Shown here in pieces: positions 38,721 to 48,066 of a stretch of DNA of 59,495 bases. Positions within the stretch are counted from its first letter, which is position 1, and every line of letters begins with the position of its first letter. The stretch is from a virus (taxonomy: Duplodnaviria > Caudoviricetes): IMG/VR virus record IMGVR_UViG_3300020454_000016, positions 1 through 59,495 of that record; one strand, given 5' to 3'. A program made the translations under genes and the position numbers. The notes beneath the pieces are model-generated. The model was not told the DNA's origin. It saw only the letters and a program-made list of their open reading frames with translations, and searched no databases.

Positions 38721-41700
38721 ATGAGAAACTTTTTTAATTATGAAGAAACAAATACACCAAATGTTTCAGATGAGATGATCTATTCTACTGAACCTATACT
38801 ACAATTAGAACAACCTGAAGATGGATCATTGTTTTCTACTGAACCTATTGATCAGAATTATATTAATTCAATTGAAACACTTGATGATGATACATTAGCA
38901 TCTGATCAACGATTAAATTCTCAACTAAGATCTTATTTAAAATTAGTTGGATATGGGGCAGTAGCTGATGAATGGGATAATGAAGAAGTTGTTAAAAAGT
39001 GGGTAACTCAAATGCGAAATATCGACTCTACAGATACAGGTATATTTGGAGAATCATTAGCTGTGCGAAGAGAGACACCTGAAAACCTACATCATTATAA
39101 AACAGCCTACGATATGTGGGATAAGTATCCTAGTATATTTCAACGATTAAAAGGAAAACATGGATCTACTATGGATGGTGTTATGGGAGCTATGGAGCAT
39201 GTTGGTAATATAATAAATCCTATAGAGAGTCCATCTAATTACATTCCCGGTGTTGTTGTTGGTAAGTTTTTAGGAAAGTATGGTGGTTCAAAAGTAATCA
39301 AAAATGTAGCTAAAGATAAACTTGTAAACACAGCAGTAGCATCTCAAAGTAAAAATATGATGCTAAAACAAATAGGCTATACTTCAATGGCAGATGCTGC
39401 TGTGGCACTAGGATTAGATGCTGTATATCAAGACTTCCAAAAGAAAGTTGGTAGGCAAGATGGCTACAATACAGTAGATGGATTTATATCACTTTTTGAG
39501 GGATTAATAGGTGGTGGAGTAGACTTAGCTTTGCATTTGCCACCAAAAGTATTAAGAAAAAGAAAATTTACAGTTGGTGGAAAAGAGTTTGATGGTTTCC
39601 TAACTAAGAAAGTAAAAACAGATGCACAAAAAGCAACGATACTTGAGAAGATAAGTTTAAAGAATGAAGAGCTAATAGACTTTTGGTCTAAAAAAACAAA
39701 AGGTGGTAGACAGTTATTAGAAGAGGACAGTCAATATGCTGATTTAGATTTTATTAAACTTTATATGTTTGGTAACAAGGATATGGGTGTCAAAGGCATG
39801 GTTGAAACTATGACAGAAGATTTAGATCTAGTTTACTTTAAAGACTTAAAAAAAGCGAGTAAAAATAAACAATTCATGGCTGCTTTTATAAAGTTAATGG
39901 ATGAATCAACTGCACCACAAATTAAAGCTGCATTTACTAAAAAGATGCGTAAAGTAGGATTTAAAGGCGAGAGTCCTTTTGCTAACAAACTAGCACAACC
40001 TACATCATGGGATGGCTTTATGAAATCACTTGCATTTACAATGTCTGATGCAGGTAAAAAATTAAATGTAGGTAGTCAAGTACAACGCATGGTGTTAAAC
40101 GATGCCAAGAGTGTAAAGTACTCTGTTGATGGTAGCAAATTAATGGAACAACTAAAAAAGATACACCCTCGCCCGTGGCACTACTTACAAGCCGCATGGA
40201 AACGAGGTGTTGTATCTACATACTCTACATCATCTTTGAACTTTAGTGGTTGGTTAGCGGCTACAGGATTAAATGCTGCTGCTGATACAGGATTAATGTT
40301 ATTACACACAGCTTTAATTCCACCTAAACTAATGGGCAATACTATTAAGCACACTTTTGATAAAGTCAATTATGGTGAAAGTAAAGTCAACATACTAGGG
40401 GATTCAATTAAAGAAGCAAAAGACATTTTTAATAATCAGATATTTAGAATAGCTAATCTGTTAGATCCTACTGCTAATAAAGAAGCTTTTTTAAAAATGT
40501 TAGAGATAGACACAGAAGGTGCAAAAGCATTAAGACATGCAATCATAGGTGGTGTTGATGTTAGAAATGTAGAGGATTTAGCAAAACAGTTTGGCTATGT
40601 AAAAGAAGTTGATGGTAAGATTGTTGGTTCGCCGCCAGCATGGATGCGAGTAAATGAAGACTACTATCTTAAATACGCACAGAAGTTAATGCTAGTTAAT
40701 ACAATAGATACATTTACAAAATCACAAGCTTATATAGGAAATTTAGATAGATATCTAAGAAACAAATATGATATGGGATTCATGGAGTTTACTAGACAGT
40801 CTGACGTAGACCTTAGAAAACAAATCAGTTCTCAAGAGTTTTTTGAAATGACAGCAGAGGTAACTGATAGAACACTTGAAGATATCTTTACTAAAAGTTA
40901 TCAGAAAGCAGGACTACCTGTTGGAATGCAAGAGATAGCTACTGCACTTGAAAAAGTAGGTGATATACCAGGTTTAGGTACACTTCTACCTTTTGGTAAA
41001 TTTATGAATAATACTTTAGCTTTATTGTATGATGGTCTAGGTGGTGGTAGCGTTAATTGGATGGCAAAAGTTGCTAAGTATGGAATGAATGCTAGATCAA
41101 TGAACATACCTGAAGGATCAGATATATTTGGTAGCTTACAAGATCAACGAAGAGTAGCAAAAGGTTTTGCAGCAGGTGGTCCCGCTCTTTTAGCAATCTC
41201 TGCATTAGGCTCAGATGAAGAAGGTGAAGGTAGTTGGTGGGATTCTACTGTAAGAGGTGCTATGCGATTATCAGCAATCGGTCAATGTGTTATACGAGAT
41301 CAAGAAAAGATAGAACAAGGACTTGCATGGGATCAAGAAATAATTGATGGTAAATTAGTATCAATTAGATATATGTTTCCATTGTCCAACTGTGCTATTT
41401 TAGGAAGAGCATATAATATAAAGAAAGGATTTAACATAAACCAAGAAACAGGTGAGAGAAGTACAGTTACTTCTTATACACCTGAATTTAAATCTGATCT
41501 TGCTGATCAATTTGTATTAGGGCAAATAACTAGAAATGCAAAATCTGTTATGAATCTTAGGGCAGTAATTGAAGATGCCTTAGATTTTCAAAATAAATCA
41601 TGGGAAGAGATTATAACTAAAACAGTAACAACTATTCCACAAAACTTAGCTACAGGATATACTAGACCTTATGGTGATGCATTTCAAAAACTATCTACAT

Positions 41701-42431
41701 ATTACTTAGGAGAAGATGATGTTAAATTAAAAGTTCCTAATAAAGCATCTTATCAAGCTATGGTATTTGGACTTACTAGGTATACAAGTAATTTAATAAG
41801 AAGTCTTACAGGTGAAAAAGAAATACTAGGTGCAGTTGAAAATAGAACCCCTTTTAGGGCAGATAAAACATATACATCAGGTGGTTGGTATGATCTGTTA
41901 GGTCTAAAGGGGCAAGGTAGAATGACCTACATGGAACAACTACTTAATAAAACAAATCTACAAGGATGGAAGCAACAAAGTAAATACCGAAGTTCTTTTA
42001 GAGATGCAGATGTGTATATGAATAGATTAGTTGCACCTCGTTTAGAGCATTCTGCTTATGCACTTTTACATGACAATGAATGGAATAAAGCATCTCAAGA
42101 TGATAAAACAAAAATGGTTCAAAATATGATATCTGATACAATGACTAGTGTATTAAACGAAACTATAAATGGTTCAGTCTTAACTAATCAAGATTTCTCA
42201 TTTGAAAAAGAAGGATTAGGAACAGAAGCATTTGCACAAAGATTAAGATTAGTAATGGAGATAGCTAAATTAAACAAAAGAGATTTTACTGAAACTATTC
42301 AAAACTTTAATAAAAGCTATGATAAAGACTTAGATGTAAAGATAAAGTTAAAAGATTTAGAGGAATTATCAACTATGGATTTAATGGAGCTAATTAATAT
42401 ATCAAAGAATATAAAAGATAAACGTCCTTAA
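38721..42431 (+). CDS. Large internal virion protein (putative)
   Basis: 1236 aa, last gene of the structural arm, PFGKFMNN motif. Confidence 0.7.
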   Translation: MRNFFNYEETNTPNVSDEMIYSTEPILQLEQPEDGSLFSTEPIDQNYINSIETLDDDTLASDQRLNSQLRSYLKLVGYGAVADEWDNEEVVKKWVTQMRNIDSTDTGIFGESLAVRRETPENLHHYKTAYDMWDKYPSIFQRLKGKHGSTMDGVMGAMEHVGNIINPIESPSNYIPGVVVGKFLGKYGGSKVIKNVAKDKLVNTAVASQSKNMMLKQIGYTSMADAAVALGLDAVYQDFQKKVGRQDGYNTVDGFISLFEGLIGGGVDLALHLPPKVLRKRKFTVGGKEFDGFLTKKVKTDAQKATILEKISLKNEELIDFWSKKTKGGRQLLEEDSQYADLDFIKLYMFGNKDMGVKGMVETMTEDLDLVYFKDLKKASKNKQFMAAFIKLMDESTAPQIKAAFTKKMRKVGFKGESPFANKLAQPTSWDGFMKSLAFTMSDAGKKLNVGSQVQRMVLNDAKSVKYSVDGSKLMEQLKKIHPRPWHYLQAAWKRGVVSTYSTSSLNFSGWLAATGLNAAADTGLMLLHTALIPPKLMGNTIKHTFDKVNYGESKVNILGDSIKEAKDIFNNQIFRIANLLDPTANKEAFLKMLEIDTEGAKALRHAIIGGVDVRNVEDLAKQFGYVKEVDGKIVGSPPAWMRVNEDYYLKYAQKLMLVNTIDTFTKSQAYIGNLDRYLRNKYDMGFMEFTRQSDVDLRKQISSQEFFEMTAEVTDRTLEDIFTKSYQKAGLPVGMQEIATALEKVGDIPGLGTLLPFGKFMNNTLALLYDGLGGGSVNWMAKVAKYGMNARSMNIPEGSDIFGSLQDQRRVAKGFAAGGPALLAISALGSDEEGEGSWWDSTVRGAMRLSAIGQCVIRDQEKIEQGLAWDQEIIDGKLVSIRYMFPLSNCAILGRAYNIKKGFNINQETGERSTVTSYTPEFKSDLADQFVLGQITRNAKSVMNLRAVIEDALDFQNKSWEEIITKTVTTIPQNLATGYTRPYGDAFQKLSTYYLGEDDVKLKVPNKASYQAMVFGLTRYTSNLIRSLTGEKEILGAVENRTPFRADKTYTSGGWYDLLGLKGQGRMTYMEQLLNKTNLQGWKQQSKYRSSFRDADVYMNRLVAPRLEHSAYALLHDNEWNKASQDDKTKMVQNMISDTMTSVLNETINGSVLTNQDFSFEKEGLGTEAFAQRLRLVMEIAKLNKRDFTETIQNFNKSYDKDLDVKIKLKDLEELSTMDLMELINISKNIKDKRP

Positions 42432-42432
42432 T

Positions 42433-42465
42433 AAAAAAAGGGGGCAGTAAATTAATACCACCCCC
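42433..42465 (-). terminator. Intrinsic terminator ending the minus-strand arm
   Basis: GGGGGUGGUA-UUAAUU-UACUGCCCCC-U7. Confidence 0.88.
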
Positions 42466-42519
42466 ACAGAGTTGACCACACAGCTACGATTGATTACAAT
42501 AAGGAAAGCAACCAATCTA
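42433..42519 (-). ncRNA. Candidate small RNA of about 85 nt with an anti-SD loop
   Basis: Own promoter at 42526-42554, 10-bp 5' hairpin with loop UUUCCUUAUU, terminator. Confidence 0.55.
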
Positions 42520-42654
42520 ATTATTAATATATATTAACTTTTCTAATTTGTCAAGTTCTTTTTTAATATTTTTTACAAGTAATTTTATTTCTTCAACCTT
42601 AACATTAATCTTTCGTTCCTTAATGAAATCTTCTGCTTCCTTTTCTATGTTCAT
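42517..42654 (-). CDS. 45-aa coiled-coil peptide (not in ORF track)
   Basis: MNIEKEAEDFIKERK...; AAGG upstream. Confidence 0.5.
   Translation of the reverse strand: MNIEKEAEDFIKERKINVKVEEIKLLVKNIKKELDKLEKLIYINN
42526..42554 (-). promoter_or_regulatory. sigma70-type promoter TTGACA-N17-TATATT
   Basis: Same -35, spacer length and -10 as the promoter at 157-185. Confidence 0.75.
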
Positions 42655-42796
42655 GTTTCTGTACCTTTTTTAACTGCTCAAAGTAAGCTTTATTAAATCC
42701 TCGTTCCCACTCTTTATTTCTGTAAGTATTCATATTATAAGGATTTGTTAAATTGCCTTTCCAAAATGCTTTGTAACCTTTATCAACTATGTTCAT
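42620..42796 (-). CDS. 58-aa protein with Rmf/CrpP-like pattern (not in ORF track)
   Basis: GYKAFWKG...NPY......EWERGF; AAGGAG SD; ATGA overlap with the upstream gene. Confidence 0.65.
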   Translation of the reverse strand: MNIVDKGYKAFWKGNLTNPYNMNTYRNKEWERGFNKAYFEQLKKVQKHEHRKGSRRFH

Positions 42797-43209
42797 TCCT
42801 TGAACTCCTTTAAGTAATTGTATGCTCTTTGTATCGTATCTAGATTGTCGCCTAGCATACCTAGTGCTGTATTACAGCAATGGCATAACCAACCTCTAAA
42901 GACCTTTTTTTCGTGATCGTGATCTAAAACAAATGAACCCATTCGGCTTGATCTATGTAAAGATATTTGTTGTTTATTTTTTTGACAGATTGGGCAAACA
43001 TGTTCAGATGTTAATGGGGGAGCAGTTTTTTTTAGCTCTTGTACTGTACGTCTACTTTCTCCTCTACATTGTTTACATTGTGGTCTTCTCCATGTGGTAG
43101 ATCCAGAAAACCATTCAAATGCTTCTTGTGGTAAGTATTTGTTACATTTAATGCAAGTTTTACCATCTGTTACATCCGTAGGCAACTCTTCAAAGAGATC
43201 ATATTGCAT
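42793..43209 (-). CDS. Endonuclease VII-like protein
   Basis: CxxC pairs, LDHDH...RGWLCHCCNTALG. Confidence 0.85.
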   Translation of the reverse strand: MQYDLFEELPTDVTDGKTCIKCNKYLPQEAFEWFSGSTTWRRPQCKQCRGESRRTVQELKKTAPPLTSEHVCPICQKNKQQISLHRSSRMGSFVLDHDHEKKVFRGWLCHCCNTALGMLGDNLDTIQRAYNYLKEFKE

Positions 43210-45114
43210 TTAAGCACCGATATCTACAACTTCACATGAATCTCCACTACAAGCAAATGTCTGACTAGAAGAGGTGGTATCCTCTTTCTCAAAGTCCTTT
43301 AACAAGCTCCAATCTATTCTAGATGGGGCTTTTTTTATTGCTTCTTCATATTCTTTTTTAGTACATTCACTATATGGTGCTTGTTGATATACGTGATCAT
43401 CTTTAGGGAAGAAAGATACACCTGACATTTCATCAAAGTGTTTGTAAACAAATGCACCAACTTCTGCCCATTCGTGATCTCTAACATAGACAGAGCAACT
43501 AGGCTTATGCTCACACCAATATCTTTGATATGTTAGCCATAACTCTAGCTGATCTATTGCAGATACATTAGATACATTTGCAGATGTACGAGGTGATTTA
43601 AATGGAAAACTAAATACAGTATTCTCATTTGGTTTGCTTACACATGGCTCACTAGGAACACCTTGTTCTTTCATAAACTGTGTAAGTGGATCGTGATTAC
43701 TACCTCTTACAGTTCTTATGTAGTACTCTGCATATCTAGGATGTATTCCACTAGCTGAATCACAAAGTTGAGATACTGTACCACTAGGCTTAACACAAGT
43801 AATTGCAGTTGATTGTGGTATACCAAACTTATCAGCATAAACTTTATTTGTATCAATAGCTACTTGCTTTAGATCTGTTAATATATGTTTCAAATCATAT
43901 GTAGAACTAGTCAATCCATTATCCATAATACCTGTAAGACTAACACCTAACAATCTTTCTTCTTCTGTATTATCTGTCCACACTTTTCTCAAATATGGGA
44001 ACTTAGTCAATGTCGCCTGTGCAGTACCTAGAATCGTTGCTAATCGCACCTTTCTCGCTAGGTCATCAGAGGTATCCTTATCACGAACTACCACCTCAGT
44101 AAGGTTACAGAACTGATATGGACGTAGTATGATCTCAGAGCATGGGTTACATCCAAAATCTATGTCTGATGTGCGTCTTCCATTCTTCTCAGCTTGCTTT
44201 TGTGCGGCAACTCTATTGAATATACCACGTTCACCTGACTTAGACTCAACAAGTGAAGTCCACTCTCGTAAGAATGTAGCACCATCAGGCTTGTCTGTGT
44301 AGACAACACTATTATTAGCCATACTCATGTGTGGTGCAGTTTCATAAAACTTGCCTGACTTAGCATGACGCATTCTTATATCAGACAAATTAGACAAACT
44401 AATCATGGCTGACCGGCGTACTCCACCTGATACAACTACATCACCAACTTTACACATTAAACTGTGACACTCATACGAATTAAGCTTTCGTCCTTTAGCA
44501 TTCTCAAATGTATTGATAGCAAATTGAAACAGTTGCACTAAAGGTCCGGGTCCAGATGCAGTACCACCAAATGTCTTCAATCTAGATCCCGCAGGACGTA
44601 TCTTTGATACATCGTATATAGGTATTTCACCTGCGTATAAAAGTGAAATCAATACTCGTAATGCTTTTGCCCAACCTTCTTTGCTATCCTTAACTTTAAT
44701 ACATGTGTCTGACTTATATAATTTATTAGGAACATCAGGTAACTTCTCTACATACTGTCTTTCCACACTAAAGCCAACACCTGTACCACACAGCAATATG
44801 TACATAGCTTCATCAAATGATTTAGGATCATCAACAGGCAAGTAAGCACAGTTGTATCCCGCAGTATTGTCACGATCAAGTGCAACACCCGCAGTCATTA
44901 ATGCTCTCATAGATGGCATTACCTGTAGGCTATGTATCGCTTCCCACAGATATCCTTTAGTAGCATTATCAATATTAATTTTGCTACATAAGTAATCCAT
45001 GTACCTTGATACTGTTTCTGTCCACGTTTCTCTTCTGTTTTCTTCAGCAATCCATCTTGCATAGCGAGAAACAGCTATGAAGTTTTGGTAATCAGTTGGT
45101 AGTGCGTTTGTCAT
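43210..45114 (-). CDS. nrdJ: Ribonucleotide reductase, class II (adenosylcobalamin-dependent)
   Basis: MPSMR, YNC, GGVRRSA, NPCSEI, CNL, TCVKPSGT, C-terminal CSGDSC; no small-subunit gene. Confidence 0.9.
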   Translation of the reverse strand: MTNALPTDYQNFIAVSRYARWIAEENRRETWTETVSRYMDYLCSKINIDNATKGYLWEAIHSLQVMPSMRALMTAGVALDRDNTAGYNCAYLPVDDPKSFDEAMYILLCGTGVGFSVERQYVEKLPDVPNKLYKSDTCIKVKDSKEGWAKALRVLISLLYAGEIPIYDVSKIRPAGSRLKTFGGTASGPGPLVQLFQFAINTFENAKGRKLNSYECHSLMCKVGDVVVSGGVRRSAMISLSNLSDIRMRHAKSGKFYETAPHMSMANNSVVYTDKPDGATFLREWTSLVESKSGERGIFNRVAAQKQAEKNGRRTSDIDFGCNPCSEIILRPYQFCNLTEVVVRDKDTSDDLARKVRLATILGTAQATLTKFPYLRKVWTDNTEEERLLGVSLTGIMDNGLTSSTYDLKHILTDLKQVAIDTNKVYADKFGIPQSTAITCVKPSGTVSQLCDSASGIHPRYAEYYIRTVRGSNHDPLTQFMKEQGVPSEPCVSKPNENTVFSFPFKSPRTSANVSNVSAIDQLELWLTYQRYWCEHKPSCSVYVRDHEWAEVGAFVYKHFDEMSGVSFFPKDDHVYQQAPYSECTKKEYEEAIKKAPSRIDWSLLKDFEKEDTTSSSQTFACSGDSCEVVDIGA

Positions 45115-45265
45115 GTGTCACCTTTATACTTTTAATTTCAATTCCATCAACATCAAAGATTAAATCTTCAATGGTGCTTTGTATAGCATCCTCTATGTCA
45201 TCATCAATAGGAAGTATATTCTCTTCCTCATCAATGTCAAGCATTAAGAATACTTTAACTTTCAT
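45092..45265 (-). CDS. 57-aa acidic protein (not in ORF track)
   Basis: MKVKVFLMLDIDEEEN...; GAGG SD; fills the gap between DUF3310 and nrdJ. Confidence 0.65.
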   Translation of the reverse strand: MKVKVFLMLDIDEEENILPIDDDIEDAIQSTIEDLIFDVDGIEIKSIKVTHDKRTTN

Positions 45266-45539
45266 CTACTTCCTCAATCATTTTTTGTAGATAAAATAAT
45301 GCTTTCTGTAAATCTTCTCTTCCATTCTTATATCTATATCTCCACAAATATTTTAATATGTTTCCTTGTAAATAATATTGATACCCCTCACCTGTTGCGG
45401 CTCGTATCGCATCTAAACATTCTATACCATGTTGATTGTAATGAGGTGGATTATTTACCATGTCTTCTAAATTAGGTGTAAATGCATCCTCTGTATACTT
45501 ACCATCAAACTCTTCTATAGCCATTATACTTGCCCCCAA
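45255..45539 (-). CDS. DUF3310-family protein
   Basis: VNNPPHY..IECLDAI..GNILKYLWR..KNGREDLQKA. Confidence 0.85.
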   Translation of the reverse strand: MGASIMAIEEFDGKYTEDAFTPNLEDMVNNPPHYNQHGIECLDAIRAATGEGYQYYLQGNILKYLWRYRYKNGREDLQKALFYLQKMIEEVDES

Positions 45540-45877
45540 TCAATTGTTATTACATTACCTTTTTTAGAAACTACTTTTGGATTACTCTTTACTTTATGTT
45601 CAAGTGCATCATGTTTATCCATCTCCTCATGGACTTGAGCTTCATGTTCTTCTTTGTTTTTAGCATGAACTTTAGCTAAGAAATTTTTATCTTCAGTCAT
45701 CATTGTAATACATGTTCTAAGTAAACTCATCATTTTAAGAACATTGTCTATGGCTTCTTTGCCATACATGTTATCTTCAGAATAAAATAATTTAATATCT
45801 ACATTGCCATCCCACGTACCATCCTTTTCTGTGCATCTAATAATAAGGGCAAAATCATTTTCGTTTATCACGTACAT
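45524..45877 (-). CDS. Hypothetical protein
   Basis: Coupled ORF ending in GNVITIDW. Confidence 0.7.
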   Translation of the reverse strand: MYVINENDFALIIRCTEKDGTWDGNVDIKLFYSEDNMYGKEAIDNVLKMMSLLRTCITMMTEDKNFLAKVHAKNKEEHEAQVHEEMDKHDALEHKVKSNPKVVSKKGNVITIDWGQV

Positions 45878-46262
45878 TATTTTTTTCCTTTAACCATTTA
45901 AGAGGTATAATCCTCGTTGCATATTTAAGATTGTTTTTATCACACCACATACCATAGGTAGTCTTGCTTCCTTTATATAGTTTATTTCTTTCGTTTGTAA
46001 AGACAAATCGAATATCTAATTCTGGATGTTGCTTTTGTACCTCAATATGTTTTCTACGATCCTCACTAGTAAACAGTCCTTTTGTTTCAATAATAATACC
46101 ATTATCTAAAACAAAGTCAGGAGTGTATACTCTAAAACGTACATCTGTCCATTTGATCTTGAACTCTTCATAGCGAACACAAGACTCATGCTCTTGTATA
46201 AACTCTGCTACTTTTTCTTCTAGACCACTACGATACTTACGTTTATTGTGTCTTCTTCTCAT
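45855..46262 (-). CDS. Endonuclease I (T7 gp3-like resolvase)
   Basis: YRSGLE, YTPDF, IETKG, DIRFVF. Confidence 0.92.
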   Translation of the reverse strand: MRRRHNKRKYRSGLEEKVAEFIQEHESCVRYEEFKIKWTDVRFRVYTPDFVLDNGIIIETKGLFTSEDRRKHIEVQKQHPELDIRFVFTNERNKLYKGSKTTYGMWCDKNNLKYATRIIPLKWLKEKNNVRDKRK

Positions 46263-47107
46263 GCTAATGCTACGTATTCTTTCATGGGGGGTTCTTTAGC
46301 TCCTTGATATGTTTTAGATGGTAACTCCTCTAGTGTTTCCCAACAATCATATTTGTATTTGCAGAAGTGACACTCTTCAGGTAATAACATATTTCCTGTT
46401 TCTTTATTTCTATATGTTTCAACTGTAGGTTCATAACAGCGTTCAAATGGTTCATCATTGTTTATATAAGACACAGTAGACTTTACGTCCTTCATAACAT
46501 CTTCTACATCCATCTGTTCAGCAGATATATATTTAAATTCGCCATTGCTTTTATTAACAACCCACCATCCACCAACATCAACATTAGCTCCCTTTGCATA
46601 GATAGCTAATTGTGGTATGTAACCAAATGCATCTTTCTCAGATAGGCTACCATAACTGTCAAACTTATTTTTATATGACCAAGCAGATGCTGACTTAACA
46701 TCATCAACTTTTCCATTAAGTATAAGATCGTACTCACCTGTTATGTTCTCACCTTCTATGTCTATGTCAATCTTGCCATTGTCTTTGAACTCGACTTTCA
46801 TGGCTCTAAGAATGCCTTTGAATACAGACTCAACAACATCACCTAAAAACATATTGATGACGAAGTTAGAGGGCAGATCAGATCCTTCGCTAGGCTTGTT
46901 CTTATCAAACCATAGTTGGCACTTAGGTCTGCCCAAGTTAGATGGTCTTAGTCTAAACTCTTGTCGTGTTTCCCCTGCAAACTGTCGGTGCAAGGCATCT
47001 CGTATATCATTAACAATAGTTTCGATAGTGTCGGAGTCCATCTTAGTTTTGTTATTAACAATATCTTTAAGATAGGCTTGAGCCAACAGTTCAACAGGAT
47101 GGTTCAT
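46259..47107 (-). CDS. PD-(D/E)xK exonuclease (Cas4/RecB-like)
   Basis: RPSNLGRPKCQ, GEYD..DDVKS, QLAIY, CHFCKYK..CW. Confidence 0.8.
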   Translation of the reverse strand: MNHPVELLAQAYLKDIVNNKTKMDSDTIETIVNDIRDALHRQFAGETRQEFRLRPSNLGRPKCQLWFDKNKPSEGSDLPSNFVINMFLGDVVESVFKGILRAMKVEFKDNGKIDIDIEGENITGEYDLILNGKVDDVKSASAWSYKNKFDSYGSLSEKDAFGYIPQLAIYAKGANVDVGGWWVVNKSNGEFKYISAEQMDVEDVMKDVKSTVSYINNDEPFERCYEPTVETYRNKETGNMLLPEECHFCKYKYDCWETLEELPSKTYQGAKEPPMKEYVALA

Positions 47108-48024
47108 TAGGCTACCTCAATTTCAGGTAAATCATTGCCCACAATCTGATCAATAATCTCTGCTTCTTCTTCTGACATATGATTACCTCTCTTCTCATCA
47201 AAGCTAGTAGTAACATAATTATTGTAATTAGTTATCCAATCTAAAAATGATTGTAGCATTTCAGCATCTTCCTTGTTAACATCAATTGATTCCCCACGTA
47301 GTTTAGCAATAACTGTATAATATTTACCACCTGTTTGTAGTTCCTGTACTTCAGTACTAAAATCAATTAAATGTTGTATAGGTAAATGCTTACGTTTAGC
47401 TAATGATGAAAAAGGTTCACCTGATGTTTTAAAGCTAGTCCGATTGTCTACTTCAAATATAACAGGAATATTGGTATCAAAGTTACTGATCTTCTTACCA
47501 CTTTCATCAACAGGATTAGTAAGTGTAGCTAAACCAAATATAACACGCACACGTTTGATTGTACGTATAAGCTTTTGCATATCCTCACTAAGTGCTTTGA
47601 AGTCTTTGATGTATCCTGCGGGTTTACCACAATTGTAACCACCATGCGTATCTTTGAGGTCTTGATTCAAAGAGTCAGCCATGATTGTTTTCACAAAGTA
47701 GCCCGGATTATCTACATCAGTACCCTGTACATATTTCTTGTACATGTACCTCTGCATGAATGGTCGCATCGTTAATTTGCTACCATAAACAATCTTATCG
47801 TCAGGCATTTGTATAGAGTACGAACCACCTTTGACAACAACAGTTTCTGTTTCCTCGCCATCAATAGTTTTCATACCCATAATTGGTGCATGAATAATCT
47901 TTACTCTAGCTAGTGTAGATGTTTTACTTTCAGATGAATCATCATCATCAGCTACACCCATTATCTTTGCCATTTCGACATTGTATTTGTTCATATTATC
48001 TTGTGTTACTATGTTAGTAGTCAT
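47107..48024 (-). CDS. Putative ssDNA-binding or recombination protein
   Basis: Position between polymerase and exonuclease; acidic C-terminus. Confidence 0.55.
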   Translation of the reverse strand: MTTNIVTQDNMNKYNVEMAKIMGVADDDDSSESKTSTLARVKIIHAPIMGMKTIDGEETETVVVKGGSYSIQMPDDKIVYGSKLTMRPFMQRYMYKKYVQGTDVDNPGYFVKTIMADSLNQDLKDTHGGYNCGKPAGYIKDFKALSEDMQKLIRTIKRVRVIFGLATLTNPVDESGKKISNFDTNIPVIFEVDNRTSFKTSGEPFSSLAKRKHLPIQHLIDFSTEVQELQTGGKYYTVIAKLRGESIDVNKEDAEMLQSFLDWITNYNNYVTTSFDEKRGNHMSEEEAEIIDQIVGNDLPEIEVA

Positions 48025-48066
48025 TATATCCTCACTTTCGACTTTTATAGAATCTATAGTTATACA

